DNA of 63,551 nucleotides, filler included, from Conidiobolus incongruus B7586 (GCA_000697335.1; 27 parts of 27 records of this genome joined end to end with filler, not necessarily neighbours in it); one strand, 5' to 3'; positions 40,366 to 54,576 are shown, counted from the first letter of the whole stretch. Made by a program: numbers and translations. Notes: generated by a model not told the origin, from the letters alone.

Positions 40366-41699
40366 TACTAGCTTGTAAAAATAAGTCATAAAATTATAAT
40401 TATATTTATTTTTATCAATAACTTTGTTAATTCTTAATTAAATTTATTTAAATTAAAATATAAAATATATAATAAACTTATATTATTTATCTATAATTAA
40501 AAATATTTGATCTAATTATATTAACTTTTAGTTGATATATTAAAATTTAAATTTTACCCAAGATAAGTCATAAATTTGTATATTTTGGTTATAAAAATAA
40601 GATTAAAGCTTAATATATCTATTATTTGCTTTTTTAACTTTTTTAAGTTTATAAGATACAAAGTCAGTTAACTTCTTATATTAAAAAGGATTAATTTTGT
40701 TTTAAGCTTCTTAAATATATTTTTAAAGCTCATTTAAATTTTTTGCTAATAGGAAAACTTTAATTATTTTTTTAACTGATTCTAAAGATATTGAATTAAA
40801 TTAAAGTTAAAGAATTAAAGAAGCTACTTTATATATATTATTTAATTATTTTTAAACTATTTGGTAATAGAAATAATAATATAGCAAAATGTATTATCTT
40901 GTGGGAAAATAATATCTGATTTATTTAATTTATATTATTCAATATTTTTTTTAATTTATTATCTAAAATATTTTAATATACTTTAATATTAATTCTTTTA
41001 TTAATTTTATAAAGATATTTTATACTAAAAAATAATATATATCCTTCAACTATAATTAACCTACCATTATATTTTTAGGTTAAAATAAAATAATAGTTAT
41101 AAAGTAACTCTTTGTTTTTTCTAAAATATTTAACATTTTTATTAAATTTATTAAAATATATTTTTATTTCATTAGTTTAAATAACCTTACTTTAATTAAT
41201 TTCAATTTAACTCTAATTATGATATTTAAACTCCCACTTAATTTTATAATAAGTTTTTTTTAGTTAAGGGTGTTTATTCTTAAAATATAAATAATATCTA
41301 TTATAATACAAATCATGTATTATAGTATTAATAGTAATTAAAATTTTATATAATCTTATAATTTTTTCTATATTTCTATAATTATATTATATTTACTTAT
41401 ATTGACTAACCTATAAATATATTTTTTATCATATTTATCTATAATTTTAACATATTTAAGTTTAGGTTTAAATATATCCTTATCATAATTTTTAATAGCC
41501 TTAATTATAATAGATAAGCTAATATTAGTAATTCCAGTATTTTTATGAATTAATTTACCTTTATTATATAGTTGATTAATATATAAATGAATTTTTTTAG
41601 AGAGTGATATAAGTATTTTAATACTAATATTATTTAAAATAATAGTTTAAAATAATAATATTAGTATATATATATATATAATTTAATAAAAAAAATTAA
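40366..41699 (-). mobile_element. Tc1 family A relic, near full length
   Basis: TA followed by tactagcttgtaaaaataagtcataaaatt; colinear with 19104-20430. Confidence 0.9.
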
Positions 41700-41799
41700 N
41701 NNNNNNNNNNNNNNNNNNNNNNNNNNNNNNNNNNNNNNNNNNNTTAATTAATTAANNNNNNNNNNNNNNNNNNNNNNNNNNNNNNNNNNNNNNNNNNNN

Positions 41800-42882
41800 T
41801 TAATTTAATTATATTTAAATCAAATAATAATAATCAAAAGTTTTTTATTTTGTTATTAATAAAACTTAACCATAAACCTTTTAAAATTATTTAGAATTTA
41901 TAAACAGCTTTTGATAATAAAGTATTATCTAAATCAACTATTTATTGTTAAATAAATTATTTTAAGGTTAAAAAAAATTATCTAAAACTTGCCAAAATTT
42001 AAAAAACCAACTTTAATTATTATTTTTTCAATTATTAATAAATTAAAAAAATATATTGAAAACACCTTTTTATTTCAACTAAAAAGTTATTTCAATATTT
42101 TAATACTATTTTTATAAGTATTTTATATATTTTAAAGTTTATACTCAAATTAATAAATAAAAATATAAAATAGATATCTTATAATTTGACTAAAATTTAA
42201 AAAAAAGTTAGAATATTTATAATTAAACACAATTAACTAAAATATTACTAGAAACCTAAGCTTTTATATAAAATAATTACAATTGATCAATTTTGAATCT
42301 TTATATATAATTCTTTATCAAAACACAAATTAAAATATTAGATTAAGTTAAATTAACCCCTTTTTTAGATCTCTTTAAATAAGTATTTAATTAATAAACA
42401 AATGATAATTATTATAATAAATTATAATAATATATTTTACTCTTATTTAGTTCCTAAGGAAATCAATTACTAATAACCTTTATTTTGTTTTTTTAAACAA
42501 AAGTATTTGAAATTAATATTTTTAATAAAATTTAAGAAAATTTTTTATTTTATATGATAATTATAAAATATATAAATTTAAAGCTATAAAAAATATTCTA
42601 ATTAAAAATAACTAGAAAAAACTACCATATTTAGTATATTCCTTAGATTATAACCTATGGATTATAATTGTTTTAAGCAATTAAAAAACCAGCTTATAAG
42701 AAAGAAAATTTCTACAGGAAAATTTAATTAGTTTATAAAACATTAAATTTCAAATTTTAATTAAAAGAACTATTTTTTAAGTGTTAGAAGTTTGCTAAAA
42801 ATATAGCAAAAAGTTATTAATAATAAAAGAAATTATTAAACTTATATTATATATTTATTCTTATATATTATATATCAAAATG
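41800..42882 (+). mobile_element. Mariner relic B1, near-complete dead ORF
   Basis: tag ata tct tat aat ttg (WVPHNL-like), att aca att gat (first D), tta tat gat aat (LHDN), then 34 codons to the D of the degenerate PCDY, giving DD34D. Confidence 0.9.
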
Positions 42883-43941
42883 NNNNNNNNNNNNNNNNNN
42901 NNNNNNNNNNNNNNNNNNNNNNNNNNTTAATTAATTAANNNNNNNNNNNNNNNNNNNNNNNNNNNNNNNNNNNNNNNNNNNNAAAAATATATATTTATAT
43001 AAGTTTAATATGATTTAAAAGATAATATAAGGAAATCAATATTATTAAATAGAATATTAAATATATAAAAAAGTTTAAACTTATATTTTTTATAAAAATT
43101 AAAAAAATACCTTATATATTATTAAAAAAAATAAAAAAAAGTCAAAATAGTTATTAATATATTAATTCTATTAAAATATAACAAAAGAAAAAATCTTTTT
43201 ATTAAACTCATATATTTGATATATTATAAGTTACTTTATATAGTCTTTAATTGTAAAAAAATGAATTTGTTGGGTAGGTTAAAAGAATTTTTTTATTGAA
43301 TTTAATAAATTAAAACTTTGATTAAAAGTTAGTTTTAATTGATCTAACTTAATATTTCTGTATATTAACTATTTTATTTAATTTTTTAAGCTAAATTAAT
43401 TAATTTCAAATTATTATTATATTAAATAATATAATCTTTGATTGTGGTTTGGAAATTAAATTCTAATATTTATCAATTTATATATTAATTATTAAATATA
43501 TAAATTTAAAGAAATAAAAGAAATATCATAATTAATATATTAACTAGATAATAATACATGCTAATATAATGACTCTAATTAATTGATAAAATTAATTTTT
43601 TATAAAATACTTTAGAATCAAACTTAATTAATTTATAATTATCAAATCTCAGTTTATATTAATCAAAAAAGATTTTCGATTATAAAAATATATCAGAAAT
43701 CTTATATATATAAGGATAAATAAAATATTGGTATTATAAGTAATATTTTCAAATATATCAAATTTTAATATTAAGATAAATTTATTATTCATATTTCAAA
43801 AGTAATAAAATCCAATAAAATATAGATATATTTGATATAATTAATATCAATATTATTCATATTATTCTTAATTTTATAAATGAATTAATATAATGAATTA
43901 ATTATTAATAATATATTTATTATATTGCTTTATAAAATATA

Positions 43942-44886
43942 TATTAACTTGTAAAAATAAGTGATAAAATCAAAAACACTTATATTTTTACTAATAACTT
44001 AATTAATATCTAATAAAATAAACTTAAATTAAATAATTAAAATCTATTTTATTTATTTAGAATATATATATTATTAAATAATGATATTTAGTTATTAATT
44101 AGCTAAAATCTTAACTTTTAAACTTTATTTAAGATAAGTTATCAATTTATAAGTTTTTGGAGATAAGAAAAATTAAGATATAATATATCTATCTTTAGCT
44201 TTTTTAACTTCTTCAAGTTTATAGAGTATAAAATCAATTAACTTCTTATATTAAAAAGGGTTAATCTTATTCTATTCTTTTTAAACATATTTTTAAAACT
44301 AATTTAAATCTTTTATTAAGGGAATAGCTTTAATATCTTTTCTTAATTAAATTTAAAAGTATTTAATTAGGTTAAAGTTAAGATATTAAAGAATCTACTT
44401 TATAACAATTATTTTGTTATATTTAAGCTATTTGGTAATAAAAGCTATAGTATAATAAAAAACATTATCTTGCTAGAAAATAATATTAAATTTATTTAAC
44501 TTATTTTATTCAATAGTTTTTTTCAATTTATTATTTAAAATACTTTAGTATATATTATTATTAATTCCCTTATTAATTTTATAAAAATATCTTATATTAA
44601 AAAATAATATATATTTTTAAAAAAAATTAACCTATCATTAAATTTTTAAGTAAAATTAATATAATAATCATAAAGTAATTTTATATCTTTTATGAAACAA
44701 TTAACTTTTGTATTAAATTAATTAAAATATATCTTTATTTTATTAAATTAAATAATTTTAATTTATTTTAATTAAACATTAATAATAATATTTAAATTTT
44801 TTTTAACTTTATAATAAGGTTTTTTTTAATTAAGGGTGTTTTTCTTTTAAAATATAAGTGTTATCTATATTAATATAAAGTATATA
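43942..44886 (-). mobile_element. Tc1 family A relic, partial
   Basis: Terminus tattaacttgtaaaaataagtgataaaatcaaaaacactt; colinear with 36631-37580. Confidence 0.88.
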
Positions 44887-46455
44887 NNNNNNNNNNNNNN
44901 NNNNNNNNNNNNNNNNNNNNNNNNNNNNNNTTAATTAATTAANNNNNNNNNNNNNNNNNNNNNNNNNNNNNNNNNNNNNNNNNNNNTAAATTTTATATAA
45001 GATACACAAGTGTTTTAATTAACTTATATATTATTATTTATAGTCTAAAATAAGCTTAAAAAATGTTTATATCAAATAAAAACAATAATTAAATTATAAT
45101 AAGTTAAAATAGAACCTACAGAGACTATAATATTTTGGTATTTATATTTGATTAAAATTAAATATTTATTTATAACATATATATATATATTTAATTTTTA
45201 ACAAGAGTATTGCTATTATTCTAAGTTTATTTTTAATAAACTCTTTGTTAATAATTTTACTAGTATATTTATTATATTATTAAATAATATAAAGGATATT
45301 AATCAAGGTAATTTTAATTAAAAAAATTCTATTTATATTATTTTAAGTAAATTTAGCAAGATTAATGATATGGTTAAGTTGAAGGCTAAATAATTCTTCA
45401 TTTAAAGTTTTGGTATTCTTATATAATAAATATAAAATATATAAATTGATAAGTGAATTATTATTATTATTGAAAGCAATATAATTTTCTAATTACTTAT
45501 TTTAAAACTTATTTGGTTTTTATTTTCAAAAATAAAATTTTAATGATTTATAAATATTAATTAAAAAATAATGGTAATTAAAAGATAGTAGTTAAGTTAA
45601 AAATATATTTAATAAATGTTAAAAGAATATAAAGTATATTAATATATATAGTTAAGTGGGTAAGATAGTTTAATATTATTTATATATAAAAGAAAAAAAC
45701 TATGGGGTTAAAAATAATTTAAGATTATTCTTTTATTTAGTAAATAAATTAAAATAGTATAGCTAGTCCTTTTATAATAAAACTAATTATTAATAAATCT
45801 TAATCATTATTTTTTTAATTTAATTAAGCAAAGAAAAGATAGATGATATTGAATAATATATACATTTGAAGTTTATAATTAGAAACATGATTTAAATAAT
45901 AAAGATAGCTTGGTAAAATATTATTATATTATAAATATAATAGAGTTTATTAAGAGAATAGTAATTTTTGAAGGTTTATATTATAAGTAAATATGATATT
46001 CTTAATATCATCAAATATAGTTGTTTTAACCTTATTTATTTTTATTATTATATATAGTTTAAGTTTACTTATAAACTAATAGTGTTTTTCAGCATTTTTT
46101 ATATTATTAATCCTAACTATAATATTATTAAACTTATTAATATAATCTATTATTATTAAAATTTATCTTATTTTTGAAAGTTTATTTTTATCATTTTTTT
46201 ATTAAAGAAAATAATAAAAAACATTACAAACAAATCAAAGAATTAATTAAGAGTAATTAAAAATTAATTGATGATATTAAAGTATATTTTTACCTAAGTT
46301 AATATATTTTTATTTAAGTAATTAAAGAATATTTTAGTGAAAAGATTATTAAAATNNNNNNNNNNNNNNNNNNNNNNNNNNNNNNNNNNNNNNNNNNNNT
46401 TAATTAATTAANNNNNNNNNNNNNNNNNNNNNNNNNNNNNNNNNNNNNNNNNNNN

Positions 46456-48100
46456 AATATAAAGGGATTTTATAATGGTAAAAGAAATTATATTTTAATT
46501 AAATATGTTTTTTAATTTTTTAACAAGTATTACAAAAGTTAATATAATATTTAATAGTTTTATTTATTTAAGATTAATAATATTATATAAGATAATTAAA
46601 AATAATATTATATTTAAGATATTTTAAGATAAAGATAATATAATTTTCATAAATGAATAATTCATATAGTTTATTTAATTTAAGTATATAAAAACAAAAT
46701 ATATAATCAGCTATGTTATATATTAGGTTATTATATAGTTATTAATATTGTAATTTTGTAATTAAGTTATTATTAACTAAGTCATTAAAATTATTTGATA
46801 TTTAATAAATAATATTAAAATATTAGTTTTTAATATAGCTTTATTTAATATAGTTAAGTTGTTTTTTGTAATATTGAGAGTTTAAATATTAATTATTATA
46901 AGATTAAATTAAAAAGATAATTTATGAATAAAAAGATTTAATTTGTTAAGTTTATAACAAACTTTAATATTATGCTTATTAATAATATTTAAATATTATA
47001 TTTAAATATAAGAAAATTTTTTAATGTTTTAATTTATTTTAAAAGATATTAATTAATCTCAAAAATAACATGATATTTTAATAAATAGTAATATTAATAT
47101 TTAAGGTTTAAAATAATTAAAAGTAGTTTTTTATTATGAATATTATATTTATATTATATATTATTTAAGCTCTTGAATATAGATTCTATTAAATATTAAC
47201 TATTTAAGTAATTTTATCGAAATATAACATTTATAATAAAATCACAAGTGTTTATTATAATATAAATATTTAAATTCAAATTAAGTGAAAGATTAAGGTT
47301 AAATAAAAAAATTCTTTTAATTATTATAAAGTTACTTAAAAATCTTTAAACTAATTAAATTTAATTTTTTTGCTTATAAGTTAATTTAATAAGATTATAA
47401 TTTTAGTAAAACTTATGATAACATAATAATAATATTTAAAAACACCTAGATATTATTTAACTTATTTAATATCTATAAAAATTAGATAATTTTTAATTAT
47501 TATTTTTTTTAAATTAATATAAACGCCTTTTCTTAATATAATATAGTTAAAGTCTTTAATATAGTTTAAAAATAGGTGAGTTTTTTATTTGTTAACATAT
47601 AAATAATTTCCTTAAAAATATTAAAATACTAATTAGAAATGATGTTTATTTTTATTTTTATTCTTTAAATATATTAATAAACTATCTAGGTAAATATAAA
47701 CAAAAAACATATCTTTGAAGATTAATTTTATTTTTTATTAAAAGCTGAGGGTAATACTTTATATTTTTATTAAAGGTTTCTCTAAATAAAAATATTAAAA
47801 AGATAATGGAAAAAAATAAAAACCTTAAATCCAAAGTAAATACAATATTGTTAATATTTGTTTATTATATTAAATATTAAAAAAAATTAAAAATCTTGTA
47901 TAATTAATTAAAAAAAATTATTGTTTAATAATAGCTATAAGTAATTTTTAATAATATTATTCAATTATTATATATCTATTAAAAGTTAACAATTAGAAGT
48001 TCTGTTTTTAATAATAAATATAAATAAGATAAATAAAGCGTTATATTTATAGATTAGCTTTTTTTCTTTAATTTTTCAAGAATTTCTTAAAAAGCTTTTA
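46456..48100 (-). mobile_element. Ty3/Gypsy LTR retrotransposon pol relic (RT, connection, integrase Zn finger)
   Basis: Minus strand, in order: IDI**LNNII (DxRxLN), FTLDLR, SF**KIKLIFKDMFFVYIYLDSLLIY (FQR..YLDD) at about 47670-47750, *VK*YLGVFKYY, then YYINFCNTC*KIK..KIP (integrase CxxC) at about 46465-46560. RT before integrase is the Gypsy order. LTRs not seen. Confidence 0.85.
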
Positions 48101-48799
48101 TTTTAATATTAGATATTTAGAAATAAAGTAGTTTTTTAATTTTATATATATGTAATTTTTAGTTTAAGGTTAATTAAACATTAAAAAGATAGTTTACGAA
48201 ACGTTTTATTTTAAAATTAATTAGCAAATTTAAACTTAATTTCATTAACATATAAGTGTAAGTTTTTGACATTAAATTCTTTATTGTTTTTATTTATATT
48301 ACTTAATTTGTTTCTTTAATGTAATTTATTAATCAGGTTATTTTCAATTAAAATTTAAATATCAAAATTAATATTAAATTAATCTTAATAATTAATATAA
48401 TTATCTATTTTTATTAAAGGTTTATTAAAATTAAGTTTATATTGTTTTAATTCTTTAATCTTTATAAAACTTATATAAAATATAGAGCTATCTTAATTAA
48501 CCTATTTAATATTAAATATAATTTATAATAGGACTAAAATTATATTGTATTAGATTAAAACAATAATAGAATTATAATAATCTAAAGTAAAATCTATAAA
48601 AAATATAATGTTATAATATTAATATTTTATTTGAATTAGGGATTTATTTATAAAAAAAATTATTTTTAATTTTTANNNNNNNNNNNNNNNNNNNNNNNNN
48701 NNNNNNNNNNNNNNNNNNNTTAATTAATTAANNNNNNNNNNNNNNNNNNNNNNNNNNNNNNNNNNNNNNNNNNNNAATTGTAAATCAAAATTATTTATA

Positions 48800-50316
48800 T
48801 ATTTACCTCTATTTTAAATTATTCTTAATTAAATAAATTTAAATTAAAATATATAATTTATTTATATTTGTTGATTATAACTAATTATATTTGATTATAT
48901 TTTATTAATTATTGGTTAATATATCAAAACCTAAAATTCAATCAAAATAAGTTATAAATTTATGGATTTATAAGTTAAAAGGGTATAAATAACAAAACTT
49001 ATATATATCTTGTTTATTTGTTATATTATATATATTATAAGACTATTAAGCTAATATTTTGAAATTAATATCATAATGCTTAAATCTCTTTTTAAAAAAG
49101 TTAACTTATATATTAATTAACTTTATTATGAAAATAAATCAACTTATATAATTGTTAGAATTAATAATATTAGTTAATCTACTATAGTTAGGGCTATTAA
49201 AAATAATATTAAAAAACACTTAAACTAAAACTTAAATATGTTAAAATTATAGATAAATATAATAGAAAATATATTTATATATTAGTTAATATAGGTAAAT
49301 ATAATACTATTATAAAAAAATAACAAGAATTAATAAAAATATATAAGAATATTAACTTGTAATAATATTTTTATATATATTATATTAAAATAAATATCAC
49401 TTAGGTTTTTAAAAAAATATCTTTAACTAAAGAAGTTTTATTATAAGGTTTAATAAGAGTTTAAATATTAAAACTAAAGTTCAATTAATATTCACTTGAG
49501 TAAAGTTATTTAATTTAATAAAACAAAAATATATCTTAATAAATTTAATAAAAAAGCTAAATGTTTTAAAAAAGATCAAAAACTACTTTATAACTATTAT
49601 GTTATTATTATCTAAAAATACAATGGTGAGTTTATTATAATTTAAGGATATATATTATCTTTAGATATAAGATAACTTTATAAAGTTAATAGTGGAATTG
49701 ATACTAAGATATATTAAACTATTTTAAATAATAAATTAAAAAAATTATTAAATGCTATAGATTAAATAAATAAAATATTATTTTCCAACAAGATAATAGC
49801 TTTTACTATATTATAAATTCTTTTATTAAATGGCTTAAAAATAACGAAATAACTATTATAAAAAAATATCTTTAATTTTTTCATCTTAACCTAATTAAAT
49901 ATCTTTGAAATTAACTAAAAAAATTAATTAAAGTTTTTCCCAAATTAAGAATTTAAATTAACTTTAAAAGTATATTTAAAAAACTTAGAATAATATTAAT
50001 TTTACTTAACATTAAAAGTTAATTAACTTTATAACTTATAAGTTTAAAAAAGTTATAAAAACAAAAGGTAAGTATATTAAATATTAATTTTTCTATCAAT
50101 ATTAAAACTTATAAATTTATAACTTATTTTATATATACTTTTAGTTTTAATATATCAATTAATAATTAATTAAATTTAACTCTATATATTATATAATCAA
50201 TAAAAGATATATATTAACTACATAGTTTAATATAAGTTTATTTAAATCAAAATTAATTAAGATATTAATAGAAATATTTTTATTTTTAATTTTATAACTT
50301 ATTTTTTAAATTAGTG
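48800..50316 (+). mobile_element. Tc1 family A relic, near full length; ATG retained at 49076
   Basis: atg ctt aaa tct (ancestral MPKSLS) and ttc caa caa gat aat (FQQDN) are intact; 3' terminus ...aaattagtg followed by TA. Another family A terminus begins at about 50323. Confidence 0.9.
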
Positions 50317-50854
50317 TAATTAGACTAATTGGTAAAGATAAGTTATAAATTCAAAAACTCTCATATTCTTACTAATAACTTAATTAATATTTAATATAAT
50401 AAACTTAAATTAAAAAATTAAAATCTATTATTTTTATTAATAATATATNNNNNNNNNNNNNNNNNNNNNNNNNNNNNNNNNNNNNNNNNNNNTTAATTAA
50501 TTAANNNNNNNNNNNNNNNNNNNNNNNNNNNNNNNNNNNNNNNNNNNNATAATTTATTATAAAAAATTTTGAATTTTATTTTATTAAATATAATATAAAA
50601 TTAATAAATATTATAATTTAAATAAATATTTAATATTTAATTTTATATTAAATTTTTATTTTTAATTCTTTTATTTTATTATTAAATTAATTATTTTGAA
50701 TTAAATTTGAATTAGTCAAAATAAGTATAGGTACTTTATTAAAACTTAGAATTCCTGAACTTAAACATTGATTAAAATTTAAGGGGTTGACCATAGGTAT
50801 ATATAAGCTAATTGTCTTGTAATTTAATACTTTTTTCAAATTAAAATAACAAAA

Positions 50855-51713
50855 ATGAAATTAAAATTCAGTTTGATTCCAGTAGCACCCAATCCAGCTG
50901 ACAAGGTTGGATCTTTTATTGTCAAACCGATAACATTATTGATAATAAGATTTGTATTTTTAATATATATTTCAGCTGTATTAATCACTCAAAGTATAAT
51001 GAATACTCATAGACCTTACTTTTACTATGCTTTTTTAACCAATTGGTCCTATTATGTTTTATGGATATATTTTTTGGTAATATTAAATTATTTGATATAG
51101 TTGATAAAATTTTAATATAAATTATTAGATTAGTTCAATTTGTTCTTTTTACTTTGTAAAATTTAATAGAATAGTCTTTTTAAGTTCGCCTAATATCAAT
51201 CGATTGATATGTTGGATGTATCACTCCCTATTAGTCAATCATTTAATGGTTACCATACTCTATTGGGCTTTTATATTCGCTAGAGATGTAAATGTTAGAG
51301 AGGGTGTAAAAGCTTGGACCAATAGCTCAGTTCACGCTCTTCAAACTGGAATGATGTTGGTAGAATTAACATTATCCAAGTATGATTTTGATTGGCGATA
51401 TCTACCGATATTAGTAGTGTTGTTATATGTATATTTAGCTTTTTCGTTGGTGATGTTTGCTTGGTAAGTTCAAAGCATTTTGTGATATTATAAAACTAAT
51501 TGGTATATATTTAAAAGTTTTGATATATTAGCCTATCCCTTCCTAAATTACAAAGAATCCTTGAATCAATTCCTATTAGCGATGATTTTAATTCCCATCA
51601 TTTTTGTTATTATAGGTATTTTAGTTTATTATTTACATAGGTTTAAGTATTATGTAATTAGAAGATATTTCGGTGATGAAGATATTGAAGAAAGTGTTAA
51701 AGAAAATGTTTAA
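50855..51713 (+). CDS. FAR-17a/AIG1-like (rolling stone-like) multi-pass membrane protein; exons 50855-51076, 51129-51463, 51518-51713
   Basis: Spliced ORF with about six hydrophobic segments and the motifs AFLTNWSY, VTILYW, NSSVHA and AYPFLNY. Two GT-AG introns keep the frame. Confidence 0.78.
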
Positions 51714-53427
51714 ACAAGGGTGATTTTATTAAGTATGTCACCTTTATAAATGTTGATTTTATCTGGAATGTTTATTTTTTACAATTAACCTCATATAAAA
51801 TTGTGAAATGTTTTTTATGAAATCATTTTTGCTGAAATCTTTAATAAATCTTAGATTTGGTTATTAAATATATTTTATATTTAATGTATTTTCAATAATA
51901 ATTACTATTTTTTGGGTAAATTATTTCAAAATAGAAAAATAATTATAGATTTTACAATTAAATCGAATCATTAATGGTTTAATTGTTTTATATCTAGATT
52001 TAATAGATAAACTTGTGAGTTGTATTATTTATTTTTAATTAATATCTTTTAATAATTATAATTAACTTTGAATTTATATTATATATAAAATGAACTTGAT
52101 AATTCTGATTCCCCATGAGAAGTCATTATGTTTTATGTTGATAAATTTTAAAATTACAAACCAAAGTACTGTTTCTACAATGTCCAATACTGCTAATATT
52201 TAGCAGTTTTCAATAACTTTAAGTTGATGTAAAAAAATATCATAATCCATTATAAATAAATTATTTGAAATAAGAGCATTTAGATATCAAATGATAATAC
52301 TTTTAAATATATAATTTTTCTGATTTAATGAATTATATTGTGTCATTATTAATCTAATTATTTTTGGTATTTTATAGTAAAAAGTTGGGGTAATAAGAAT
52401 GTAGTTACTATAATTATTCTATCATATCAGCTTTAAAGTGATTATTAACTATATAAAAGATGATTAAACAGCTTTAATCAAATATTATCTTGCTAATATT
52501 ATAACACTTTCTATGTTTAATATTTTTCAATTTACTAAATTAAAGTTATAAGTGAATGATAATTACAATATTATCTCATTTGAACCAGTTTTATTCTTAA
52601 AAGTGTAAGTATATCAATAGCATTATTTCAACAAAAAATTTTCATTATTCGTATTATAAAAAATTATATTTCATAGTAAATTATTTTAATTACTTTTGAA
52701 TTTTATTCTTTAGTTTAAACTTAATTGATAAAAAAATAATAATTTTTTTATTGTGAAAAATTCAGTAAATTGATCGGATTATAATGAATAATTTCTCCGT
52801 TTAATTTGAAAAAAATAATCAATCATGTTTTTAAATAATATTAATTACAATTTAAAATTCATTTTTCAAGAGATATTTAGTTTGAATTATAATAAGCATC
52901 CTTTTCTTAACAACATATACTGATTTATTTGGTAATAATCTTTAAATCATTGAGATTTTATTGAATATATTAATGATAATTCAAAACTGTAAGATTTCAA
53001 AATTAAGGGTCGAATTCGATTGGATAGTTAAGGCAATAGAATTCGATAGATTATAACATTCGCTGAATCAACTATTGAAATAATTTACTTTCAACCTTTT
53101 TATTATAAATCTCAACAATTACGTAAAATTAAAATTAAAATAAAACTTTTTAGGAAATATTAAAATTAATTACAGTATCTAAAATTAATTTGAATGCAGA
53201 TTTTATGACTTATATTAAACAATCTTTTTAACAATAAAATAAAATGATCAAAATAGTAGTTTCTAATTCCAAAGAACTGATAAATTGATTATAATAATGA
53301 CTAAGAATAATATTATATGATAGTATTCTCTTGGTATAGAAATTCTAAATTGATATTAAAAATATTGAGCATTAAACCAAATAATTAATTTAACAAAGCT
53401 GATTGATATTCTAATTGAATTGTTTTT

Positions 53428-54576
53428 TTAGTGCAGAAATTAAATAATAGCACAATTTTAACATTAAAATTAAACAAATATATTAATAAATAATATATAA
53501 AATTTAATTAAGAATATAAAATTAATACTCTCTTTTATTATTAACAACTCTTTTCTATTCTTTTGGTAAGCTTCAAATACCTAAAAAATAGTTTTTTTAT
53601 TAAAGACTAAAATTTGATATTTTATAATCTAATTGAATTTATTTACAAGAATCTTTTTTCTTACAAGCTAATTTTTTAATTATCTAAACCAATTATAGTC
53701 ACATAATTTATAATTAAGTAAATATATTAAATATGCTAACTCTCTCTAGTTTTTTATATAAAAAAGTTTTTAATAGCTTTATTTTTATGTATTTTGCAAT
53801 TATTATACAAAATAATAAATATTTTTAATTTATATTAAAAACTCCTTTTAAAAATTATTGTATTTAAAAATATAATATATATAATATACTATTAATTAAT
53901 TTTCTTTAAGATATTAAATAAGAGAACTATATAGTATTATAATATATTACAACAATAAATATTTATTTATATTTAAAATATTTATTTATTAGAATTTATA
54001 AAAGGGATTAATTTAATTTAACCTAATATTTTGTTATTTTTAGGTAAAAAATTATATAAAAAAATTTAAGATTTATTAATTATAAGTATTTACTATAAAA
54101 ACCTTTGTTTTTAGTTATACCTTAATAAATTTAATTTAGCTATAATTACTTTAGTTTTTTTAAGCTTTTATTAAATTATAAGGTATTTATTTTATATTTT
54201 TATTAATTAATTTAAGTTTAAACTTAAGTATATATAATATGTTTATATAAATAATATTAAATTATTTTAATAGTTTTTTAACTAAAATAAAAAGAGATTT
54301 ATTAATATATTTTTTTTATTTTATTAATAAATAAAAGAATAATAGTAAAAATTAATCTTTTAGATTTTAGTAAATTTTAATTAATATCTTTTCTTGTTTT
54401 AAAATTATAAATTTAGAAATATATAATAGTTTTAAATAAAACACCATTTTTATAAGCTATTTACAAGTTTTAAATGATGGTAAAAAATATATAATTAAGT
54501 TTTAAAAATATAAAAATATAAGCTTTTTGATTAATATTATCTAGTTTTAACATAATTAAATTTGATTATAAATTTG
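53428..54576 (-). mobile_element. Mariner relic B2, near full length
   Basis: Terminus ttagtgcagaaattaaataatagcacaa. The minus strand keeps tgt gac tat aat (CDYN), aat tgc aaa ata cat and ata cct tat aat tta. Colinear with 10528-11680. Confidence 0.9.

Noticed and set aside
53000..53070. CpG-containing patch with gggtcgaattc, resembling a tRNA T-loop
   Set aside because: No cloverleaf or A box could be built.
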